DNA from: Mytilus trossulus
Taxonomy: Eukaryota
Direction of reading: 5' to 3'
Length of the DNA: 64,000 nucleotides
NCBI RefSeq assembly: GCF_036588685.1
Contig: NC_086379.1
Coordinates: forward strand, 73,160,001-73,224,000
Shown: piece after piece, positions 50,125 to 62,100 of the stretch
How positions within the stretch are numbered: the stretch's first letter is position 1
How the letters are laid out: each line of letters opens with the position of its first letter
Translations under genes and position numbers: made by a program
The notes under the pieces: generated by a model
Told to the model about the DNA's origin: nothing
The model's input: only the letters and a program-made list of their open reading frames with translations
Databases searched by the model: none

Positions 50125-53100
50125 CTGAAAAAGTTAATACCTACATTTATATCAAGTGACTTTCAATAATAAATTTCACCTTTGTGTGAAAAAGACAACG
50201 ACCAATTGAGTTGTAGAACTTCAGTTAAACTCCCTTGATTGCTTGATTATCATACAAGTTTTGTCTTCTCGGATTCAAGTTGTGTTTTTCTGTTTAGTTG
50301 TAATCAGATATTTACTCATTTATGTTAAGACTGTCAATATGAATGTTCATGACTCGTTTTTTCATATTCTTGAGAATATGTTTATGTATGTATTTATTAT
50401 GGTTTTCGAATATCCAGGTTAAAGCATTCCTGATAAAGGTATGTCTAGAAGAAAACTTTAGATGTAACCAACTTATGTCATTAGTTTCATTAATCAGTTT
50501 GCCAATACGTATATTGTTTGATTGAAATTAGCCAAAACATTAAGGAACACACGCCACTACTAACTGAAAATAATCGTTGCAAGACTTAGCTGCAAACTTA
50601 ATAAGTTTGAACTGGTAATTAAATACATCACACGAGTAATAAAAATACAGATACTTGTATAATTTACCGTACCTTGGACTGCTCTGAGTTGTCTTAGTCT
50701 GATTGGACCAACACGAAAATTGACTTGATCCTGAACATATAATCTTCTATTGGCTTTCAGTTGATCTCCATTAGAATGGTACCGTGGAAACAGAAACGGA
50801 ATAAGAGTCTCATCGATCCATGTGTATAGATTAGATGCAGTTGTAACCTGTAAACATAATAATAGTTCAAGACATCTGACCATCAGATTAGTTAAATAGT
50901 TTGGGTCTTAGTTACACATACTGAATTACGAAAAAATAACATAATTTTAAGATACATTGGGTTATTAACTAAAACAGTGACTTTTCTATTGAAATCTGGA
51001 AAAAAACAAAGATAATAAGTATCAAATGTCAAGGTAAGAACCTAACAACTGTTTTTCAAATTTGACATTTTTTAGTACAACATTTGAAAGAAATTTTTTA
51101 TTTATCAATTAATAAAGTCCTATAACCCTGGCATGATTAAACTTAAATAGTCAAAATTGAGAACTATGAGACCAGGAAAAATATATTCATAGCTTACATA
51201 CAGTGTTATGTGTTTTTTTTATTCCTTATATTCATTTATTTTAGAATATACCCGAAATAATATATGACTGTATTCATCTCGTATTTTTTTCTTCAAGTTT
51301 TTAACATTGACAAAAGCAAAGATATTTAAAACAGGAATGCGAACTAACCTGATCGTATCTAAACGTTGAATCGCCTGTTGAGATATTATTCGATGTAACA
51401 AGATGCTGTTCGAGATGATTTTTGACGTTATACCATCTGGAATCCCTGTTACTAAAACTGACACAATACAAAACAGCAAGGAATATCATATATAATACTA
51501 GCTCTATGAATATCTCTTGCATAAGAAGTCGCTGCTGTCTTTTTTCTTTCAATTTAGCAAGTTTCTTTGGTTTCAATGGAGCTTGCTTCTTTTGGTACGC
51601 ATCTATAAAAAAAAAACATCCCTTAGGAAAGTTATGAATAGCAGTAAAACAGTCATTAAACGCAATAACTGCTTTAAGAAGTCTAAAGGAAATTATAGCC
51701 GTGTTGATGTAATACTTGCAGATTTTCTCTTGTTGAAGGTTTTGCTTGATGTCCATTAACCATCTTCTACCTAATATTTTAATGCAAATAGTTACGAAAA
51801 TTTTCACTGGATGATGACAAATGTTTGAGGGTTAGATTCAACGTTCTACCATTCAGTAAATAAGAAAGCCACCATTTTGAATTCCGAGTTTTAGGGGGTT
51901 ATAGGATTTCTCAAAAAATAAACAAAAAGTCACATTTTTAACCTTACAATCTTCTTTATGTCTAAATTGATACCTTTCTGAAGCGTCCAAAAAGTGAAAA
52001 TACGTTTAGTATTCATGTTTGACATCAAGAGTGTATAGACAACGTCACATTGTTTAGATTCTGAAGACGATGCAACAGTTTCTCTGTCTTTTCAGTTATA
52101 GCATTTGAAGACTAATAATTATCAAATGATTTTTTTTATATATATGGTATTTTAATTCAAATAACTGTATTTTATCTAAAGCTTGTCCTTCGTAAAACTT
52201 GATTTTACTGTCGCAAGAATCCGTTTGCCTATCTCCAATCCGCGTCGCTAGGTAAGCGCAATTTTTAAAATAATATCTACGTTTAACAAAGGCTAGGTTT
52301 CCAATTCAATACAGTTATCTCCTAAATTTCATTTTGACAAATAAGAAACCATGGTTCCAACGTCCTGAGGAAAAATGTTCTAAGATGAATTTGTATTAAG
52401 CAAATATATCGCAATTTTCGGGTATTTGTCTTTTTTACTGTGTCAATTTTACTATGACGTTTCGTATAATTTTTGTTCTACATCAAAACAATCACACGCA
52501 CTCCGTTTTGTGCAAAAGTTAAACACAAACTGTAGTGTGACATATGAACCTATATGCATCAAACTCTTTAGAGTTTAAACTTATACTAAACTGCTGCACC
52601 CCACACATTGTTTAATTGATCAGTAAGAGGTGTTTATAACAGTAAAATCACGTGACAAAAGGACAAGGTCAATTATAAGAAAATCGTTTCAAAACAGAGG
52701 TGAAAGATATCAAAAGGGACATTCAAAATCATAAATCTGGAATTACCTGACAACCCGGTGATACTTCTTGCTCGGTAAGTTATTTTGTCAATAAAGGAGG
52801 GTGGTTACAACAAATGAAAGATATCCATGGTCTTATAATAGAAAAACATACACTCCATAAGTTTCAATGATGATCATATCTATATTTGGTTTATTTCTAT
52901 TGATGACTGGGATATTTAATAGTTTTTAACAATCAAGTCAAATTTTAAAAGTTCTAATTCAATGTTGGTTTTTTTTCTATATATAATATGTTATCTTCTA
53001 TCTTGATGTCATGCTAGGGTATAACTCCATTTGTTTGAATGAAAACGGAAAAGGGGGACTAATGAGATTGAACAACAAATAAGACTATGAATTACATAGT

Positions 53101-56100
53101 TCAATGTAAACAAACTTTACCTAAAAGATATGAAAATGGACTTGCTGCACGTCTTTTTGTCTCCAAAAGAAGTTTTTCTCTGTCGTATTTTCCAGTTTTT
53201 TCTTTATAAGTCTTTACAATCCAAGAGAATACAAGCGACAGCAGTATAATCTAAAACAAAAGTAAAGTTTCTAAATGAAATATATTGTTTTATCATGAGT
53301 TATCTTTGTCCTTTAGTTTTTTTTAAAATAATAGACGTATTATATCTCATATCCTTATTTTTTATATAATATGGTATCTAAACATGTACACATTGACTCA
53401 AGATTTTTATTTATGTTAAAAGGAATATTGGGTTTAACTTTATTATTAAAAGATCCGAAATGTTGTCCATTTCCCATTACATAGCACTAAAAACTACCCA
53501 ACCAAAGTAACAAGGGAGAACGAATGAAAACGGCACTACATGAGTTGTAACGGTCACCATCACGAATTGGTTAACTTTAAGAAATGTCTTTGTCTAAATC
53601 ACTAGTGACATGGTTTCGACGTCTTAGATCGATTGTGAACAAGTTCTTATTGTCTCATCTATACTTTTATCGATTTTGAAATTCTGATTAAGTATGAACT
53701 AACATGATGTGTGATACAGAGCAGGAGAATTTTCACTTGTCTTGGGCGCCTAGTAAAACTTTTTGTGTATGTTATTTTCCCTCAGCTTCTTTTTATGATC
53801 TTGAACTGTGTTATTTATCAGTTGATAAAAATCTGAATATTGATAAAGATTGCTTAACTACTGCTGTCTTGATTATAATTCATACATAATGTACCGATAT
53901 CAAGGCAGGGGTTTATTATTCAGTAGTAGTCGCTGATTTGCATCTGCCAGATTTTTTGCAGTTTTAAGTTTCGTAATGAATCTGACTATACATTTAAAAT
54001 TATATTCAAGCTTAGAAGCGCAGTGCCATAAATATTTGACTAAGATATGAAAAGTGTAATTGGATCGAATGTACTTGCATACTGTTTAGGTCTTGTTAAA
54101 ATTGTGTTTTAATGGACATGAAACTTCGATACATGTAAGCAATCAATTTTCGTCAGATGTAACCCTTCACTACAAATGCTATTATTTTAGAAGAGGGACG
54201 AAAGATACCAAAGGGACAGTCAAACTCATAAATCTAAAACAAACTGACAGCGCCATGGCTACAAATGAAAAAGACAAACAGAAAAACAATAGTACACATG
54301 ATTCAACACAGAAAACTAAAGAATAAACAACACGAACCCCACCAAAAACTAGGGGTGATCTCAGGTGCTCCGGACGGGTAAGCAGATCCTGCTCCACATG
54401 CGGCACCCGTCGTGTTGCTTATGTGATTACAAATCCAGCAAATAGTCTAATAGGGTAGGTCAAATTCATGAAAGAGAAGGGGATTGTAATTACGACGTTA
54501 GGAACATATCCGATATCATTTTTGAAACGGTTATTCCATAACGATCAACCAACTCGTGATGGCGTCCGTAAATTATTTTAGAAAGTATACCTGTATTTCA
54601 ATTTCAGATAGGTATTTTATCTATGTAACATTGTTGATTATTGTATAAAATATAATTTGTTTTTAATTTATGTTATTGGAATCACTACGCATACATCATT
54701 TCATAGCTTAACTCTGTTGTACGATTCTATGTGTACATCGACACCTGGAATATTTTACATCTACAGAGAAACCTAGATTTTCTTACTTTAAGTGGATCAA
54801 CGAGGAGCATCGATTCGATGAATGACATGAAGAAACATAGCAGCCATTCCTCTGACTTTGTCTTTCCCCATTCCATGCTATACAGAATTAGGAAAAATCC
54901 GGATGTAATGACGGCTAATGTAACTATTCCCCATGCTACATATCTACACCAAAATGGAAGTGAAAATTGAGTGTCGTCAATAACATCTGCTTTAGAATGG
55001 GTTTCCGCATCGGACTTGTCAGTGGGTTGAAGTGTCATGTCCTGGACTTCGTCAGTATTTGATAAAGGCTTATTCGCTCTTGTGTTACGATGTCTTGAAC
55101 TTCTAAACATATAAGATACTAAGAATATTGGAGGTGCCGCAATCATTGCACTTATAAGTGAAATGTATATCCCAGAAAGTGATAATTTGATTGGTCCAAT
55201 TGAAACTTGACTTCCGGTATTTTGTCCATAAAACATTGCGTTTGAAATCATAGTGAGAAACAATAATGTCAAACAACAAGCCATTCGTTCTATCCTTGTA
55301 AAATTACTGTCTTCTGGTCGAATTGCAACTGATAACCATAAGTGATTGTCTGTAGTGTTTTGTCTGGTCTTTTCGTGAAATAAAAATGAGAATTTGTGTT
55401 TATCCATCTTATCAGAAACAGGAATGGCACAATCAACGCATCCATCATCGTGGTCCAAAGAAAGCCATTGATCACATATAAACGTATACCTGTCAAATAG
55501 AGAACCTTTATTAATTGACATTATGGAAGCACATGTACTTAATTTGGAAAACCTTTGTGTCACCATAATCTTCATTATGGTTTGCATTGGAAGTTTTTGT
55601 CGCTTTTTAGGTACCGAAAGACTATACTACGTCCCCAAATCTAAAAAAACTTTGTTTGTTCTTGTTTGCAAAGAAAATGATATTTATGAATAAAGGAGAT
55701 AATAGTCAACTGCTGTTCCGTACTCATTAAATCGATTTTACTGAAACAAATCCGGGTCACAAACCAAAACTTAGGGTTTCGTAAATCTTCCTCTTTCCAT
55801 TCCAAGTTCTGTCGTGTATATCGATGATTGTTCATTTTTGACAGGATGGTCGTAGTTGAGTCGGTGTATATAGGTATGTTATATATAATGTTTCCAAATG
55901 AGATGTTATGTGGTTAAGCGGATGATGAAGACATATGAACTGATATTTTGGTAGTTTTATACGTTTTGTGTTTGGGTCTACTTCTCTCAAACAGCTCATT
56001 TCGGGTTCATGTGTAAGGTGTCCTTGTATAAACAATATGTGTTCGTTTAAGCCTGTCGAATCAACCCACGAGGGGAAGAATAATAAGGCAACTTTAATTT

Positions 56101-59100
56101 AAAATAAAGTTTGGAATTTTACTGTTTATCAGTTTGCATGTGCTGCTTTTGTCGTATCTTATCAATCTGTTTCACAAAATCAGTATATAAGAAAAACAAG
56201 TATATATGTTATTTATCTATATACAGATGAAAACTCTCAATGATACCTAAATAGATGAATATTTCTATGTAGTCTTTTATCTATCAAAATTTAATTAAAG
56301 TTTCAGATTTACCTTTCATTGGTTTGTACATCCTCCAGTATGATTTTATTAAGATACCATGATGCTGAATTTCCTTGACCACTATTATCATGCCAAATTT
56401 TTATTACTGTTGGATCATGTATTGGTTTAGAAACGCTCATGACAAATTTCCGGATACTACCAACACCAAAACCCTAAAATAAAAACAAATCACTTGGTTA
56501 GGCAGTCAAAAAAAATAAAAACTGTCCTATTTCTGTTTCTTTCGTTGTTAATACTTTATGTTTAATCATTTAAAGAACTTGTGATGGTCAGATAGTTTAA
56601 CTGCTTCCGTTATAAAAAATAAATCACAATATAACGAACTACGAGGAAAATTAAAAACGGAAAGTGCCTAATTAAATATTTTACTGATCTCCTAATTTCT
56701 ACTTACGGCATTTTCATATATCAACATAAAAGAGGGACGAAAGATACCAGAGGGATAGTCACAATATGTTACGCTTATGCATGTTCACTGCAATGAAGTC
56801 GTTTGAACAAAGGGTACCTTTAAAAAGAACGAATTCAATCAACCAACGTATTTTGTGGTCCAAAACAATTTGTTTTGATGTGTCTTTATTGTTTGTATAC
56901 ATGGATATATTTATCAAATCTATCTTATTACACACATTTAAAGAACTTTTTTATATTACACGTATAAGCGAATACTCACTCGATGTGTTTCGTCATCTAG
57001 TAGTCGTACATCTGGTTCATAAAAATGGCTTTTCTTTGGTTTTCCATCAATTATCATGAAACCTATTCTGGATTTTGTTCCAGCATTTCTGTGTAGCCCT
57101 GTGAACACCGTCAGAATGTACAAGTAATCGTCGTAAGGACCGTTGTCACTCAGGTATGATAATGCCCACTGTAATAGTTTCATTGATAAATCAGTTCTAA
57201 CTAATCTTAAGATTGATATATGTTGCGGTTTAAAAAATAAAGCCGCATTTTATATACAACGTTTAAATATAGGCGCTTACTTCATTTCTTTTCAATAAAT
57301 GGACAACTATAGATAACTGTATGGTTGTATTTATTGTTGAGGAAATGATGTTTTACCTATGTCTATTTCATTCATATAATAATAATAGTAATGCATTCAT
57401 ACAGACAATACTTTTAAAGCTCATTTATATCTTGTTTTCAGTTGTTCCCCTTTGGAGCGAACTAGTGTTGTTTATCGTATGGGTGCTTTCATCATTGAAT
57501 GTGATACCTTTTACAAATTGTACTTAGATGTGGATGAGGTATTTTATATATATGAGATTTGACTTGGATGGATGTAAAGCTTATAATTCATAACACTGTG
57601 TGTCTTTATTTTGCTGAAACTCTGGGTTTTTATGCAAATCAGCAAACACTCCGAATGTTATTACATTGTATTTTCTTTGCCATCTTTTTTAATACTTCCG
57701 ATTACAGAAATTCTTAAACAATCTTCATGTTGTACAATACTGTGTCTAATATTTTATAAGTTATCCAATGCATTACCCTTTCATGATCCTTTTTGTCCTG
57801 TCTGAATGCCCATACACACAACAAAATATACAACAGTACCAGTGATACAACTGTTGCAAACACCGCTGCATTGTTTTTCAAATCAAACTTATCAAAAACA
57901 CTTCCGAAATCGATTGTGTTTGGGGGCACATAGAACGTAGTGGCAAAACTGTTTCCCGGTGGACTGGTACATTCACAAACAGTTTCATTGATGGTTGATG
58001 CAGCAGAGAGCTTAATAACAGAAATAATAGGCGTTACAAAACATCATGTTATATACACTACGAGGATAAGGCCAGAAGCAACCAAGATTACAACATTTTT
58101 TTCTATCGAGTGTACTGCTGGGTATTTTGTTTTTCTGTGTAGTATATTATAGTCTGTTGCTTGTTTGGTCGTCGGTTTACACTATTTGCATTTCATGTAG
58201 GTATTAACTCAACTTATGAAGTTTGTTTTTCTTTTGATTCCTTTTATTTCGAGCATTTTTCATTTCATTTGATGTATGCAGTAATGTAAAAAAAAATTAC
58301 TTCTTTAATAATTTTCATGATGCTTCTTATCACTTTTTTTAATAAACTTCATCAGTGCTATCAAATGAAAATAATAAAATGAAAATAACACTAAAGAAGT
58401 CTCATTTAACCGACGTGTTTGGTGAGTCTATCAAGTTTGTGACAATTCGGGAACTATCGAAATACGACTATACGAAGAACATGCATTTATGTCTTTATCT
58501 AAAAATAATCACAATTTGTTTTAATGTTATGAAGCAATGACATACGGGTACGCCAACAGAAACAGTAAAACACAATACTAAATTAAGAACAAAATAGTAA
58601 TACTTGTTTGGTATTTAAAACAAAGTATAGAAAGCAATGATACTATTAAACAAATTATTAAAAGAAGGAAAATTGTATTTGAAAATAATTTTAGGATTTA
58701 TGTTTTTTTGATCAATTTGACTTGTAAATAATGTTTATTGTGCCAGTAAATTGATTTATTTTTGAAACAATGTATTTGTTTTTAAATTATGTGTACATGA
58801 TAAAAATGCAATATTTTAATAATTTGACACGGTGGTGTACTGTAGACGAACATCTTTTCAATCACAATATCTTTCGAACTAATTGACCTACCTGAATGAT
58901 AATCTAGATATGATATATATAAACGAATATCCAGATCTCTTTCTTTTTAACGTCACATAATATACATGCATTTGAAAACGACATGAGTTATGTATTGATA
59001 CTATTTAAATGAACGACTAACAAATGCAGTGTTTATACTTTAGAATTCCTCGGAATTCAGGAACTTTTGGGACGTGGACTTTCACTGAGACAGCTGTGTC

Positions 59101-62100
59101 AGTGAAATGATTGTTAACATCATGTGCAATATTGTTGTTGAAAAAAAGGTAATAAGGTTTATCAAAAGACACAATGTGCATGCTCAAGTTTGAGTACCTT
59201 CTTTGTCTATAGAATATGCATATATATCGGTAATTCGTATATTTTCCCTTTGATCTTACTGCCTAATATTTTCAAGTATCAACGTACTGGCTGTATCACT
59301 GAAAATATTAGGCATTACATTGCGTGACGTCATAACATTGCGTGACGTTATAATTACCGATAAACAGAATAATAGGTAGTTGAGTTTTTGATACTGACTA
59401 AATCATGTTGAATATTAAACTCGCCCTAACGGGCTCGTCTAGATATTCCACATGATATACTCAGTATCAAAAACTCAACTACCTATTGTTCTATATATAC
59501 ACTGAAGTTTGCAATGGGTCCTATAACGAGCTGCATGACCATAGGTTGTTGGTGTAACGTTACAATAGGGGATATTAATATGATTTACTGAATCTCAAGT
59601 TGAAATAGTATAGGAAAAAATCGAATTTACAAGAAAATTGTGTCATCAAAATTATACCTGACAAGACGTCTTGTTCCATTTCTGCTTTACAGTATCCCAT
59701 ACTCTACAACCAACCGTAGCACCAATAATTTCATATTCAACAATAGAAGTACTCAGTGACCGTCTTCGTCTGGTTAATGTAGGGGTGGACGATGATTCTG
59801 TTATAAAAAATCAGCATATTATTTCATAACCAAAACAACGAAAAACAAATGTTATCATGGATTTGAATGTGATCAATAAGATTGAGAATAAAAATGGGGA
59901 AAACAAAGAGATCACAACCCAACCAAAGAGCAAACAACGGCCGAATTCCAACAATATGTCTTTTTCACAATTAAAAAATCCTACACACAAAGGCCCTCAG
60001 TTAGCGTCTGAATAAAATTATGTACTAGTTCAGTGAATATGGAAGTTACACTCAACTCGTAAAAATATAAAAGAACTAAAACAAAACATACAAGAATTAT
60101 AAAGACCAGATACTCCTGACTTCGAACAAGCGCAAAAATGTGGCAGGGTTAAACATGTTTATGTATATCTCAAACCTCCCCCTATACCTCTAGCCAATGT
60201 AGAATAGGGAAACACAAAACGATACGCACTATAAAGCATGTATTGTAATCTTCTAGTTTTAACAAGGTTTTCTTGTATCTAAAAGACACGGTCTTGTACA
60301 TATTATTTTATGATATGTTTTTCAATATATTGTATATGTACAATATATATCCAGTATTCTTCCTTAAATTATTTGATGTTGTTTTTTTTGATTTTTTTTC
60401 TTTTTAATTTTTTTTTTAATGGAGAAAAACCAGTTATAACATTCATTTTAGCCTTAAATGACTTAAACAACCTTTCTTTTCTGTTTGTTACCTTTTTAAA
60501 AAATATATACCTTTTTGAACAAGGACTCCAACATACACATTTGTTGGGGCTGTGTATAGTCCACCGTCAAGTATTACTTTTATTTCGTTGGAGCTAAACC
60601 AGTCGCTAGAATTTGTAACTTTCTTCCAGTCATATTCGTCCTCCGTTGGAGCTTCTTTCTTCCGAATGTAAATAGTGTGATTCAGGTGGTCAATGGCGTT
60701 ATTTATACTGATTATCAAACTGTCCGCTGGGGTCTTCCAGTACATTTTATACGATAGCATCTGTGAAGTGGTTTCATTTTTGTCTATAGGAATGGCTATA
60801 TTTATAGTTTTTCTTGTTGGTACTAAATCAGTATTTTGCAGTTTGATTTTAGATGGTATTGCTGAGTTTGTGGTATTACTATCTCCGACTGACACAGTTA
60901 CTGTCTTAGATGATATGAATTTGGACTCAACGTCCCAAGAAAACGGTGTGTGGTCATATAAGGTTACCTTTAAAGAAAAGTTAACATTATTGGTTACATC
61001 GAAAATTATGTGAGATATTATTAAACAAAACCAAAACTACTAATACAGAAACAAGAAATAGCTGCATCTACAATGAAACGATATCTGAAACATTATAAAC
61101 ATCGAATAACAGTAATGGATCTTATCACATATTTGTTATGAATACATTAGTTTTTGCATATGCAATAACCTCAAATTGCCCGGGGCAAAAAAGACATATC
61201 CATATTGTGCCCTGTTCCTAATGACGTGACGTCATTGCATCCTTAACAGCACGTTTGTGATAATTTGCTTAAGATTTTACCTTTTATGTATCATAAAATT
61301 GATATAATTTACGTTTTTTTTCTCTTTTCTGCAGAACTTAAATATGTGATAAAAAGATTATAACATGTCTTTTCCATATTGGCCCGGGTATCATCCCTCG
61401 ACCCATATCGGCCCTCGGCTAAAGCCTCGAGGCCGATATGGGAGTCTCGGGATGATACCAGGGCCAATATGGAAAAAGGCATGTTATAATCTATACATAT
61501 TAAATAGAGATTAATACATGGCCATTTCAATATCAGCCTGGGTATCATCCCGAGACCCCCATATCAGCCCGAGACGGAGTCGAGGTGCTGATATGGGTCG
61601 AGGGATGATACCCAGGCTGAAATGGAAAACGCCATGTATTATTCGCTTTATCATATACTTCCGACAATAGTTTTATGTAAGGCAAATATACAAATGCAAT
61701 AACTAAAACAGTCAAAACTTTATAAAGAAGTTAAATTATGAATCAAATATACTATAATTGTCCAACAGCAGCATCACTACCTCCATATATATATGTATGG
61801 TAACATTTCCTATAGAGGCATTTTGAAATATTGAAAATTTGGAAGAGTTTTATGATCATTATTACTCCATATTTGTTGTACTATAAAAAGATTCTTTAAA
61901 ATTGTCAATGGCATTTATTAGCAAGTACTAAACTATCCCCACAAAAGTTCCCGTTTTTGTAGCTGACGTCACAATGGAAAGTAAACAATCGATACCAGAA
62001 ACACCGGAAGTAACTTGCACGAGAAGTACTGTTATTGGTTTTTGCACGAGACACCCCTTATAAGGGTTATCATTCCGGGCTGATATGGGTTATCAGCCCG

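Noticed and set aside
59255-59355. TGACGTCA (CRE-like) tandem sites as PKD regulatory elements
   Set aside because: They sit within the palindrome-bearing repeat, and similar words occur beside the other palindromes, so they are more simply element-derived.
48900-61013. Plus-strand ORFs overlapping PKD exons (48900, 49431, 51422, 54731, 60693)
   Set aside because: Antisense shadows of real minus-strand coding exons.
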